Shown: positions 29,545 through 39,684 of the stretch, one piece after another
Layout: the number at the start of each line of letters is the position of its first letter
How positions within the stretch are numbered: position 1 is the stretch's first letter
IMG/VR virus record: IMGVR_UViG_3300035498_000877
Span: 128,001 to 192,000 of that record
Direction: 5' to 3' (one strand)
Source: a virus
Lineage: Duplodnaviria > Caudoviricetes
DNA: 64,000 nt
The notes under the pieces: generated by a model
The model's input: the letters and a program-made list of their open reading frames with translations, nothing else
Told to the model about the DNA's origin: nothing
The model's database searches: none
Position numbers and translations under genes: made by a program

Positions 29545-32529
29545 GTGAATACAGTGAATAGAGATCTTTATTCTAATGACGAATTTACTAATATGAAAAA
29601 AGCCATTAATGAAGAAATGTTACGACGTGGTACATATAGATGGTGGAACCCTTTAACTACTCCTGCAATTGGTGAAGATAAATCTTCTCCCATAATTCTT
29701 GATGAAAATGCAGATAAGATAGAAGTAAATGATAAGACATATACAATCAATAATCCATCTGAAGGATCAATAGAGCCTACTAGAAATATACAATACCCAG
29801 CTCATGGAGAAAATCCTTCTGGAGAAGATCCTAATTATGAAGTTAATTCTCCATCCACTTCAGCAGCTGCTATTAATGTAGATGAGTTTAAAAACTATCT
29901 AGTTGGTCTATCGAAAATCAAAGATATTAATCTTTTTTATGGAAGAGATGAATGCAATTATCTAGCATATAGAGATCCTCAAGGTATACAAGATGTAATA
30001 GAAGATGCCCAGTCAGATGTATTAAATAAACCATTGGCTGAATCAGATAATCCATATATCAAGAATGATCCTAATGGAAAAGTTGCTGATAGGGTAAATC
30101 CATTATATCCAGTATCAGATACATTGGTACAATATCCAAATGAAGATGGTCAATATGTAATGCCATCTGGTGAATATGATGGAGAAGAATTAAAACAATA
30201 TGAGAATATTGGACCTACTAATTTCTATGATGATTATGGAGCACAAGCTGGTGATAGTAATTTCCATCCATATAATAGATATGTATCATTACATACAAGA
30301 AGAGATTGGAATGATCAAAATGATTATAGACAAACTATATCTACATCTAAATTAGAAGGAGGAAAATCATCTATTAGATTTGGTACTAATCCAAGAAATC
30401 CCCAGATGGGTGATCAATATGGATCAAGACCAGTATTTGGTGGAAAAGTAGGATCATGTAATATTGCATGTACTGGTATGTGTTACATGACATGTGATAA
30501 TCAATGCTCAGAATCATGTTCAACAACATGCTGGGCTAGATGTGGAAACTCATGTACAATGTCATGCGGAAATAGTTGTACTGGATGTAGTTCACAATGT
30601 ATGAATACATGTAAAACTAAGTGCGAAGATGCTACAGGATATTCATGTGTTAAATCAGGTGCAATGACAGTAAAGATTGAAACTACAGGTGGAGAAATTG
30701 GAATACCTGCTGAGAATCATATATCATCAACATATCATACATGTGATGGATGTTCATTCAGTTGCCAATTCTATCCGAATAAGAAAACAGAATGTTGGGA
30801 TGCTGGATGCATGGGCAAATGTTTTGTAACATGTTTGAATTCATGCAGTGATTCATGTTTTGGTGGATGTATAAATAATAATCCTTCTGATACAAATGAT
30901 ACCACATATAAAGTAGGTAAAGGAAGAGGATGTTCTTCTGGATGTACATTAAACTGTATTGGAACTTGTAAAGATTCTTGTGTTGGTTATTGCATCACAG
31001 GATGTTTCATGTCATGTATAGCATCATGTGAAGATAATTGTACATTTAGATGTAGTACAATATGTGGAAATGGATGTAATCAAGGATGCACTCAAGGATG
31101 TACAGGGTGTCATTATGAATGTACTGGAGCATGTACTGGACTTTCAGATAGTAGAACATGTGTAGGATGTGGATCTGTTGGCGGATGCACAACTAACTGT
31201 ATGATGGATTGTAATGGAAATTGTATGGCTAGTGGATGTAGATCTATATGTGGTACAGAATCATCTGGAGCTTGTTCATCAAATTGTAGATTGAATTGTA
31301 CAGAATCATCATGTACATCAATGTGTTCAGAAGCATGTAGTACTCAATGTAATACATGCGTAAATACATGTGGACATCAATGTGGAATGTGTAGTTCTTT
31401 ATGTTCTACAGGCTGTGAGTCAGAATGTAATATAACATGTACAGGAGCATGCGAAAATTCATGTACTTCGAATTGTGTAACATCTTGTTCATCAGAATGC
31501 GGTGGATGTTCTAATTTATGCTATTCATGTACAGGAATGTGTATAGGAGTATGTAGTGTTAAATGTGAAGTAACATGTTCTAACTGTGCAGGTCTATGCT
31601 CATGGTGGTGTGATACTCAATGTAATCAAACATGTTTCTCAGATTGTATCAGTAGATGTATCAATAGTTGTTCTGGATCATGTGCAACTTATTTAACATC
31701 AGAAGCTAAAACTACTAAAGGACCTGAAAGAAAACCAACTGCACAAGGATGGAGATATCCAAATCCTTCTAATAGATGGGAAGAAAGAGAATCATTTAAA
31801 TTATTCCATGATGTAGATCCATATAAACGACCTGAAATAATTAAAGAAATATTACCTATTACTATCACAATGGTAAAAGTTAATAAATATGTAATACTTG
31901 AAATGAGTCTTGATAATGTTAGTGAAAATCTTGAGATAATAACAGATATTACAGATACAGATATTATTACTACCAGAGGATCTATTAAGAAGAGCGATAT
32001 CATTAATGCTTATAAATATCATTATGGAAGTTATAGAGTTGAAAGATTATCTAGGATCAATAAATATGAATATGTTTATAGATGGGATATCAATAAATTT
32101 GGAACATTTACTGGAAATAAAGATATTCCATATTGGAATGATGAGAATAATCTAGTAGTAATCACAAATGATTTAATAAAGTACCAGATATATTCAACAC
32201 CATATGTAGCTGGTGTATATGATGTTAATAAAACTACAGGTGAAATTACAGTTAATGATGATGCATTAAATGAATTAATTAATGGAACTCTAATTAATAA
32301 AGATGGCAATCATGGATTATATGTAGTAAAGATATTCCAGAACGAAGAGAAATCTATAACATCAGATATGATATCAATTGATCTTCCATTTGGACTTGAT
32401 ACAATTGGATCAACTGTTGATAAAGATGGAAACTTTATTATTATAATTCGTGAAACTGTATTTTTATTAGAATCAGAAAAGGAGGAACTAGAAGCAAATA
32501 ATGGGCAAGATAAAGGAAGTACTGTATGA
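29545..32529 (+). CDS. Giant Cys-rich CXXX-repeat protein
   Basis: About 88 Cys (hand count) in 409 aa at nt 30457-31683, mostly C-x-x-x spacing, flanked by Cys-poor N- and C-terminal regions; GGAGG RBS. Confidence 0.85.
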   Translation: MNTVNRDLYSNDEFTNMKKAINEEMLRRGTYRWWNPLTTPAIGEDKSSPIILDENADKIEVNDKTYTINNPSEGSIEPTRNIQYPAHGENPSGEDPNYEVNSPSTSAAAINVDEFKNYLVGLSKIKDINLFYGRDECNYLAYRDPQGIQDVIEDAQSDVLNKPLAESDNPYIKNDPNGKVADRVNPLYPVSDTLVQYPNEDGQYVMPSGEYDGEELKQYENIGPTNFYDDYGAQAGDSNFHPYNRYVSLHTRRDWNDQNDYRQTISTSKLEGGKSSIRFGTNPRNPQMGDQYGSRPVFGGKVGSCNIACTGMCYMTCDNQCSESCSTTCWARCGNSCTMSCGNSCTGCSSQCMNTCKTKCEDATGYSCVKSGAMTVKIETTGGEIGIPAENHISSTYHTCDGCSFSCQFYPNKKTECWDAGCMGKCFVTCLNSCSDSCFGGCINNNPSDTNDTTYKVGKGRGCSSGCTLNCIGTCKDSCVGYCITGCFMSCIASCEDNCTFRCSTICGNGCNQGCTQGCTGCHYECTGACTGLSDSRTCVGCGSVGGCTTNCMMDCNGNCMASGCRSICGTESSGACSSNCRLNCTESSCTSMCSEACSTQCNTCVNTCGHQCGMCSSLCSTGCESECNITCTGACENSCTSNCVTSCSSECGGCSNLCYSCTGMCIGVCSVKCEVTCSNCAGLCSWWCDTQCNQTCFSDCISRCINSCSGSCATYLTSEAKTTKGPERKPTAQGWRYPNPSNRWEERESFKLFHDVDPYKRPEIIKEILPITITMVKVNKYVILEMSLDNVSENLEIITDITDTDIITTRGSIKKSDIINAYKYHYGSYRVERLSRINKYEYVYRWDINKFGTFTGNKDIPYWNDENNLVVITNDLIKYQIYSTPYVAGVYDVNKTTGEITVNDDALNELINGTLINKDGNHGLYVVKIFQNEEKSITSDMISIDLPFGLDTIGSTVDKDGNFIIIIRETVFLLESEKEELEANNGQDKGSTV
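30457..31683 (+). repeat. C-x-x-x periodic cysteine repeat region
   Basis: e.g. CNIACTGMCYMTCDNQCSESCSTTC...CFSDCISRCINSCSGSC. Confidence 0.9.
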
Positions 32530-32770
32530 AGAAATTGATGAATCTATATATTCAAATAAAGATGCATCAGAATTTCAATTTCTATATAATATGATGGATA
32601 GTGGATATATGAATGAATATGAAGAATTTGAAAAACGTCAATTGGAAGTTAGAAATAAAATATTGAAAACATTATCTGAAGCATCAGGTAATATATCAAA
32701 TTCTAATTCATCAGTTATTTTAGGCACATCAGATTATAATAAGAAAGTAGTTTTAATTTGTGACTTATAA
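32501..32770 (+). CDS. Small acidic protein coupled to the Cys-rich gene
   Basis: AAGGAGG upstream; overlaps the upstream stop; followed by a terminator. Confidence 0.65.
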   Translation: MGKIKEVLYEEIDESIYSNKDASEFQFLYNMMDSGYMNEYEEFEKRQLEVRNKILKTLSEASGNISNSNSSVILGTSDYNKKVVLICDL

Positions 32771-32772
32771 AA

Positions 32773-32801
32773 ATAAGAGGAAGCATTTAGCTTCCTCTTA
32801 T
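32773..32801. terminator. Bidirectional terminator
   Basis: ATAAGAGGAAGC-ATTTA-GCTTCCTCTTAT. Confidence 0.75.
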
Positions 32802-32808
32802 ATTATTT

Positions 32809-34131
32809 TTATTCTAAGTGGTATAATTGTTTTATCAATTCATTTACATATTCATTTGATACTGTAATAATCAATCGATATGTTCTACGAATATTTGGAT
32901 GTACCACAAATAAAGTTCTTCGTTGCCAATCAATATAGAATGCTTCATCATCTAATATTAATCCATTTTCTCTAAATTGGATCTTAATAAACCTTTCCAT
33001 TGGAATTCCATGTTGCAAATGATGATCAATTACTACTCTCAATGAATCATTCAATATTCCATCTATTGATACTGAATTCTCTCCATATTTTAATTTGAAT
33101 ATAGGCCATCCTAAAATAGACCATCCTATTGGTAAATCAAAATCATTCAGATTTATAGAATCTGAGAATATTGGAATAATTGATTTATCTGTATCTGTTT
33201 TAAGATTTATATGTTTCTTTATATTTGGAGAATCTAAAGTAAAGTATCCTATTGTATTAAACTCACATGATACTGTAAATGATATATCAAATGCTCTTTT
33301 AATTTGTCCATCTTTAATACCAGCACCAGCTTGTGGTTCTCCAATTACTACATCAAGGTCAGCAATATAATACATAAAGAATTCATTTGTATTAGATCCA
33401 CCTTTAAGCTTATATGTTATTGGATAATGCCATATCTTATTCATATATGTCAGAAATTTATATACTGAATTATTCTCTTCTATTGGATTACCAGTTACAT
33501 GCGAAATTAAACTACAGAATTCTTCTGGTATATATAACTCCAATGGAGCCTTAATAAATTGATTATGTCCCAATGGTACCATATTATTCAAATATGCCAT
33601 ATAGTTAATTTGTTCTGAATATGTATTAAAACTCAATACAATATCTATATCAACAGAGCACCTATTATAGTGACCATGGATATAGGTTTTATTTTTTTTA
33701 TCTTCAGCTAGTGGTATTAGCGATCCATCTCCCCAGAATGCATGTGTATTCGTAATTCGAGATGCCATTAATGTATTAGATAAAAATGCATTATTATCGC
33801 GACTAAAATTTATTCTAGGAATAAGTACCATAATTGGCATTTCTTTTTTATGCAATTGATGTGGTAGATGAGTTATCTGCCTACTTGCTAATGTAGTATT
33901 TGCTAATACAGTTTTAAATAAATCTTGTGGAAATACATTTTCAAGTAGATATTTCTCTATTATTGCAACTACATTTCCATATGTATGAGAAGCTGCTGTA
34001 TTACAGATAGCTCCAGTATTCATTATATGTTCTCCATATTCAGCTCCGGGATTTGTCTCATATTGGATTCCTATTGGTCTAACATATCTATTTGCTAAAG
34101 CAGGATTCGTTTGAGGATCTCTTGTATCCAT
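32809..34131 (-). CDS. Probable virion neck / tail-completion protein
   Basis: Start re-assigned to ATG 34131 after AAAGGAG; located in the structural region; function inferred from context only. Confidence 0.45.
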   Translation of the reverse strand: MDTRDPQTNPALANRYVRPIGIQYETNPGAEYGEHIMNTGAICNTAASHTYGNVVAIIEKYLLENVFPQDLFKTVLANTTLASRQITHLPHQLHKKEMPIMVLIPRINFSRDNNAFLSNTLMASRITNTHAFWGDGSLIPLAEDKKNKTYIHGHYNRCSVDIDIVLSFNTYSEQINYMAYLNNMVPLGHNQFIKAPLELYIPEEFCSLISHVTGNPIEENNSVYKFLTYMNKIWHYPITYKLKGGSNTNEFFMYYIADLDVVIGEPQAGAGIKDGQIKRAFDISFTVSCEFNTIGYFTLDSPNIKKHINLKTDTDKSIIPIFSDSINLNDFDLPIGWSILGWPIFKLKYGENSVSIDGILNDSLRVVIDHHLQHGIPMERFIKIQFRENGLILDDEAFYIDWQRRTLFVVHPNIRRTYRLIITVSNEYVNELIKQLYHLE

Positions 34132-34250
34132 ATCTTTCTCTCCTTTCATGATAATAAAATTATTACTTAATAATTTTGTCGAACATATTAAAACCCAAAC
34201 CCAATATTAAATAGTATATCTATAATAAACTGAAAAGGAGTGAAAAATAT

Positions 34251-37200
34251 ATGGGACTTATTGGACGTAGTATAGAGCAAACCAGAATTTGGATAGATCC
34301 ACATCCAGATCCTGCTCCATCGTTAAATTATAAAGAAGTATTTCCGTATACTACATTAGATGCTGTATATGATGATATGAATAATGTTCCAGATGGTGTC
34401 AACCTTAGAACTATTTTGGAAGAAATAAAATCAGAATTATCTCAGAAGCAAACTAAAATCCCTGGAAAATCAGCCAATTACATAATGACATTTGCCGGAA
34501 CTCAAGGTGCTGTGGGTGCTATTCAAATGAGTAGGGAAATACCATGGGATCCAAATAAACAGAGTCATGATAAAATTCCTACCGAAAAAGCAGTTGGAGA
34601 ATTAATCAGAAAACTTGGACTGGTTGATGCTAATGGAAATGTTATTGAAGACAGTGCAGCAATACATTGGTCAGATATAATTGGAAGACCTTTATTATAT
34701 GAAGATACTGGAAATAATGATGATGGATTTATGACCCAGAAAGCTGTTTCAGAACATCTTGCTGATATTAGAACGGACTTAGCTGATCTATATAATGATA
34801 CATCTGGTAAACTGGAAACTGCAATAGAAGCAATTACTTCTCATTCTAATAATAAAAATAATCCTCATAATGTTACAGTTAGCCAGATTGGTGCTGTAAG
34901 TGAGGAGGAATTCAATAATCATCTTATTTCAGATACTGCACATATTCCATCACAAGTTGGACTTGGTAATGTGGATAATACATCAGATATGGATAAACCA
35001 ATATCTACTGCAGCTCAAAAAGAATTTGATCAGATTAATACTGTATTGAAAACTATACAAGATGATGATACATTTATTCATACTATTGATTATTCAATTG
35101 AAACAGGAGTAATGACTGTATCATATTTAAATGGTGTTACTAAAACCATGAATATTCCTATTAATGGAACATGTGTTGATATTGAATATGACAGAGATAC
35201 CAAGAATCTTGTATGGACAGAATTATCTGGAGAAGTTCATAATGTCAGTCTTCTTGATCTATTTACGGTATATGAAGGTGGGACTTCTGATAATATTACG
35301 GTATTAATTGAGCCTGATGAATTGAAAAATGCTGGATTTAACTATGGCAATACAAATTCCACTTCAGATGGATTCATTGAATTAGTTACTAAGGAAATTA
35401 ATAATCTTTGGAATAAAGGTGAAATGCCAGCAAATGCCGATGATGATGCAGATAGCCCAGGTATTGGTCAGATTTCTACACAACAAACTGATGACATGTG
35501 GGAATCAAGTATATTACCTGATGAAAGTGGTACTGAGCAAATTACAACTCGTATTTCATTGACAAATGACGAGATTGAAGATCTGTGGTATAATGCAACA
35601 TTACCAAATGAAGAAGCTGATGAATATGATGAAGTTGCAACATCTGATATTGGATATGCAGGATATCAAGTAATCACAGCATATATCAATGCTCACTCAA
35701 TTACTGAAAATGAAATTTCAGATGGTGCAATCAATACTAGAGTATTAGGTGATGAATCGGTAACAACTATCAAGATTGCTAATTCAGCAGTAACTACTAA
35801 TAAATTGGCAAATGCAGCTGTCACTAATGAAAAGATTGATAATTATGCTATATCAAATAAAAAGATTGCAAATAGAGTTGTTGATGGAAGAACTCTATTT
35901 ACTTCTAATAAGAGTAATAGAGTACTTGCAGTTGGAACAAACAATACTGATCCATCATGGGTACAGGTTAATACTGATATGATTGAAAATAATTCAATTA
36001 CTAATGAAAAATTAGTAACTGGATCAGTATCAACTGCTAAGTTGCAAGATAAATCAGTTACAACTAGTAAACTTGATGATAGTTCAATTACTAATGAAAA
36101 GATATCAGCTAGCTCAATTACAACTGATAAGATTCAGAATGGAACTATATTAGGTGAAGATTTTGCAAAGAATATTGTTATTCCTGGAACTCCATCTATT
36201 ACAGTTAGACCTGATACAGGAGATAACTCAACTAAGATTCCTGATACACATTGGGTTACACAGACAATAGATAATTTTGTATTTGATACAGATAACTATG
36301 GAGACAGAACTGTTACAGGTGCTAAACTATTTACATCAACAACAAGACATAGAGTACTTGGTGTATTGAGGGCAAATACAGATCCAGAGTGGGTTCAAGT
36401 TGATAATGATATGGTTGCTAATGATGCTATCAGTACAGTTAATCTTATTGACAAAGCTGTTACTGGTAGTAAGATTGCCAATGAAACAATTACTGATACT
36501 AATTTAGCAAGTAACTCAGTAACTACAGCGAAGATTGCTGATAGTAATGTAACACTTGATAAGATTGAACCTCATCATACTGCTAATAGAGTTATTGCTA
36601 CAATTGCCGATAATGCTAATCCAATATATACTCAAGTCAATAATGATATGATTGCAAATAATGCAATTAATGCAGCTAAGGTTCAAGATCAATCATTATA
36701 TCCATCTAAGGTACAACCATCTTCAACAGCTAATAGAGTTCTCACAACTACATTAGCTAATGCTAATCCATCATGGACTCAAGTAAATAATGGTATGATC
36801 GCTGATAGAGCTGTAAATGGTTCCAAATTATTCACAACATCAACTCCTTATTCTATACTTGGAATTACAACCCAAGGAACCGATGCAGTATGGACTAAAT
36901 TACTTGCTGATATGTTGGGTGATAAAGCTGTTACAAATAGAGCTATTGATGATAATGCTATATCGAATAATAATATGCAGACTGATTCTGTATCAGAGGA
37001 TAATATTATTGATGGATCTGTTACTGCTAATAAGATAGGTGAAAGAGCTGTAGAAGGACGTCACCTATTTACTTCGGAAAATCCTAATATGATATTAGCT
37101 GTTACTAGTGTTCCATATACAAATGCAGTATGGTCTAAAGTAACATCAGAGATGATTGATGATAGAGCAGTTACAAGAGAGAAATTATTTAGTGATCCAA

Positions 37201-38414
37201 CTCCTTATACAGTAATTGGTATTACTGAAGAAGATGGTGTTCCTGAATACTTAAAGATTAGAAATGAATTTATTGAAGATGATACAATTCTTCCCAATAA
37301 ATTAACTCGAGACTTTGTATTATATGGAACTCCACAGTTAACAATATCACCAGCTGACGATGCTGATAATCATCAATTAGCAGATACACAATGGGTACGT
37401 CAAACCATTGATTCATTATTAAAAGACTTTGATTATATCTATGGAACTGTAGATGAAAAGATGATCAAAGATTATAATGTAACTGGAAAGAAATTATACT
37501 TGAATGAGTATAAGGGACCTAGAGTATTAGGATCTACAAACTATCATGAAGAAGCTGAGTACTTATTAGTCGAAGGCGAAATGATAGCTGATGGTGGAGT
37601 TACTGAGAATAAGATTCAGAGAGATGTTCACTTATTAGGATCTCCTGGAATCGAATTGAGACCTAATACTGATGCTTCAGATTCAACTGGTGAAGGTCAT
37701 CTTATTCCTGACTGCCAATGGGTTATTGATCGTATTAATGATGCTGGTGGCAACTTGGGTACAAGTAGTTCATCTTCTGCTACAGTTGGAACAGTAGCTG
37801 ATGAAGGAATTACAACAAAGAAGTTACAGAATAGAGCTGTTACTGGTGCTAAGTTATTTACAACTCCAACAGCTGATCGTGTATTAGCAGTACTATCTTC
37901 AAATGCTGATCCTGAATATACTCAAATTAATCATAATATGCTTGAAGATAGAATTATTGAAGGAAATAATCTATTTACTACTGATACAGTAAATTCTATT
38001 CTTGCAGTTACTAAAGCAAATGGAGATTCAGTATGGACAAAGATTGTTACTGATATGATTACTGATAAAGCTATTACAACTGAAAAGATCAATGATAACT
38101 CAGTAACAAATGCTAAGATTGTAAATAAATCTATTACTAGAGAAAAACTTGCAAATGAGGCAATGATTGGAAATGATCTATTGCAGGATAATTCTGTATC
38201 TACAACAAAGATTCAGGATAGTGCAGTAACTACAGCAAAGATTGCTGATGGTAATGTAACAAGTGAGAAGTTAGCTTCTGATCTTGTATTACCAGGCCAT
38301 CCAACAGTTAGCTCAGATGCAGGAATTGGTACCAGATCTCTCAGATGTGTTGTTATATCTCCTAATGAACCATCAGGTGGAGAGAGTGGTGATATCTGGT
38401 TTAGATATGTATAA
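34251..38414 (+). CDS. Long tail fibre protein with (A/S)VTTxKI(A/D)D beta-helix-type repeats
   Basis: Many 10-aa xSVTTxKIxD repeats interspersed with LFTSxxxxRVLxV units; NPHNVT and GLGNVDNTSDMDKP motifs; C-terminal PSGGESGDIWF. Confidence 0.85.
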   Translation: MGLIGRSIEQTRIWIDPHPDPAPSLNYKEVFPYTTLDAVYDDMNNVPDGVNLRTILEEIKSELSQKQTKIPGKSANYIMTFAGTQGAVGAIQMSREIPWDPNKQSHDKIPTEKAVGELIRKLGLVDANGNVIEDSAAIHWSDIIGRPLLYEDTGNNDDGFMTQKAVSEHLADIRTDLADLYNDTSGKLETAIEAITSHSNNKNNPHNVTVSQIGAVSEEEFNNHLISDTAHIPSQVGLGNVDNTSDMDKPISTAAQKEFDQINTVLKTIQDDDTFIHTIDYSIETGVMTVSYLNGVTKTMNIPINGTCVDIEYDRDTKNLVWTELSGEVHNVSLLDLFTVYEGGTSDNITVLIEPDELKNAGFNYGNTNSTSDGFIELVTKEINNLWNKGEMPANADDDADSPGIGQISTQQTDDMWESSILPDESGTEQITTRISLTNDEIEDLWYNATLPNEEADEYDEVATSDIGYAGYQVITAYINAHSITENEISDGAINTRVLGDESVTTIKIANSAVTTNKLANAAVTNEKIDNYAISNKKIANRVVDGRTLFTSNKSNRVLAVGTNNTDPSWVQVNTDMIENNSITNEKLVTGSVSTAKLQDKSVTTSKLDDSSITNEKISASSITTDKIQNGTILGEDFAKNIVIPGTPSITVRPDTGDNSTKIPDTHWVTQTIDNFVFDTDNYGDRTVTGAKLFTSTTRHRVLGVLRANTDPEWVQVDNDMVANDAISTVNLIDKAVTGSKIANETITDTNLASNSVTTAKIADSNVTLDKIEPHHTANRVIATIADNANPIYTQVNNDMIANNAINAAKVQDQSLYPSKVQPSSTANRVLTTTLANANPSWTQVNNGMIADRAVNGSKLFTTSTPYSILGITTQGTDAVWTKLLADMLGDKAVTNRAIDDNAISNNNMQTDSVSEDNIIDGSVTANKIGERAVEGRHLFTSENPNMILAVTSVPYTNAVWSKVTSEMIDDRAVTREKLFSDPTPYTVIGITEEDGVPEYLKIRNEFIEDDTILPNKLTRDFVLYGTPQLTISPADDADNHQLADTQWVRQTIDSLLKDFDYIYGTVDEKMIKDYNVTGKKLYLNEYKGPRVLGSTNYHEEAEYLLVEGEMIADGGVTENKIQRDVHLLGSPGIELRPNTDASDSTGEGHLIPDCQWVIDRINDAGGNLGTSSSSSATVGTVADEGITTKKLQNRAVTGAKLFTTPTADRVLAVLSSNADPEYTQINHNMLEDRIIEGNNLFTTDTVNSILAVTKANGDSVWTKIVTDMITDKAITTEKINDNSVTNAKIVNKSITREKLANEAMIGNDLLQDNSVSTTKIQDSAVTTAKIADGNVTSEKLASDLVLPGHPTVSSDAGIGTRSLRCVVISPNEPSGGESGDIWFRYV

Positions 38415-38426
38415 GGGGGATGAAGT

Positions 38427-38771
38427 ATGATACTTGAATTGAAAGATGGAACTCAAGTGATTGTTAATTGTATATTCGGAGGACCTAAGAAGATTGATGG
38501 AAAAGAAAGGGATGTTCTCAGAATTGAAATAGATCCAAAGCAATATACAAAGAGTTCTTTAGAGACATTATTTAAAGACAATCCAAATACAGATATGCTT
38601 TATACATATTCAACTAATGATGCCAAAGAATCAGATAGAAAAGAAATTGGATCGGGATACAATTTATTTGTATCCCTCCAATTAGAATCAAAACACAGAT
38701 TGCAAGTACCAGGATCTACTGTAACTGAAAGTACTGACTCAGTATATATGGTTACACTAGCACATGAATAG
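38427..38771 (+). CDS. Hypothetical protein (possible fibre assembly factor)
   Basis: Directly downstream of the fibre gene; AAGGGG RBS. Confidence 0.6.
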   Translation: MILELKDGTQVIVNCIFGGPKKIDGKERDVLRIEIDPKQYTKSSLETLFKDNPNTDMLYTYSTNDAKESDRKEIGSGYNLFVSLQLESKHRLQVPGSTVTESTDSVYMVTLAHE

Positions 38772-38782
38772 GAGGTGATAAT

Positions 38783-39607
38783 ATGCCTATATCAAATAAT
38801 ATTCATGGAGAATGGCATGATAACTGGAATAATATGGTAAATGTAAATGGTGTTTGGAGAGATGCAATTTCATATGTAAATGTAAATGGGAAATGGAATC
38901 AGATGAATAAACTGGAGATTGAAGAAAGTGATATCGTAGGATTTCATATTATATATAAATTAAATAAAGAAAAGAAATCTACACAATTTCCATATCTCTC
39001 ATATAATGAGCATATCCCTTATAATATAAATCTAACTGGTGATACAGCTGGTAAAATGGACTTAGGTGATAAAGGAGTTATATTTACATATAATCATACT
39101 GCTGACAATGAAGCAGGTATTGTTGAATATGATGGATACATGTATGCTGAATTAACTGATGGAAATTATATTGACATTGGTTATTCTAAAGAATATTTTG
39201 GAAGTGAAGATAGAGTTACTTCTGTATCACCAAATATTTCAGAAGTATGGCATACTTATAAAGCACATAATTTGGATATTAAATTCCAAGGATATGAAAT
39301 GTTTCAGTGCGATGGATATTATATATCTGGATGGAATAATATGTTTAATACAATGCCTTATGTCAGCAGAGAAGATGAGAAAGAATCCAATGATTCTTCA
39401 TATCGACATTTGAATGATTATATTATGCTACCATATGAAAGTAGGGATCAAGATGCTTTTAGTCCAATTGCTGAAATTGGAATAGCTAGAGATATCCATA
39501 CTGACTATACGAATATGGTAGGAAGTTATGGTTCATTAGATCACACAATATATTGGATAACAGTCAACGGTGTAAAGAAACCATTTGTATTTGAAATATA
39601 TGAATAA
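38783..39607 (+). CDS. Tail-associated protein
   Basis: N-terminal tandem VNVNGxW motifs typical of fibre tips; AGGAGG RBS. Confidence 0.6.
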   Translation: MPISNNIHGEWHDNWNNMVNVNGVWRDAISYVNVNGKWNQMNKLEIEESDIVGFHIIYKLNKEKKSTQFPYLSYNEHIPYNINLTGDTAGKMDLGDKGVIFTYNHTADNEAGIVEYDGYMYAELTDGNYIDIGYSKEYFGSEDRVTSVSPNISEVWHTYKAHNLDIKFQGYEMFQCDGYYISGWNNMFNTMPYVSREDEKESNDSSYRHLNDYIMLPYESRDQDAFSPIAEIGIARDIHTDYTNMVGSYGSLDHTIYWITVNGVKKPFVFEIYE

Positions 39608-39640
39608 TATAAGAGGGGATATTATATCCCCTCTTATATT
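39606..39640 (+). terminator. Terminator hairpin
   Basis: AATATAAGAGGGGATAT-T-ATATCCCCTCTTATATT (17-bp inverted repeat). Confidence 0.75.
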
Positions 39641-39684
39641 CACTTTTTTATAAATATTAACATTATGAAAGGAATGGTATTAAT

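Noticed and set aside
30457-31683. Cys-rich region as a DNA tandem repeat or CRISPR-like array
   Set aside because: Periodicity is at the amino-acid level only; there is no conserved nucleotide repeat or spacer structure.
29545-32529. Radical SAM enzyme call based on CxxxCxxC matches
   Set aside because: The matches are incidental within the Cys repeat; no radical SAM barrel motifs follow.
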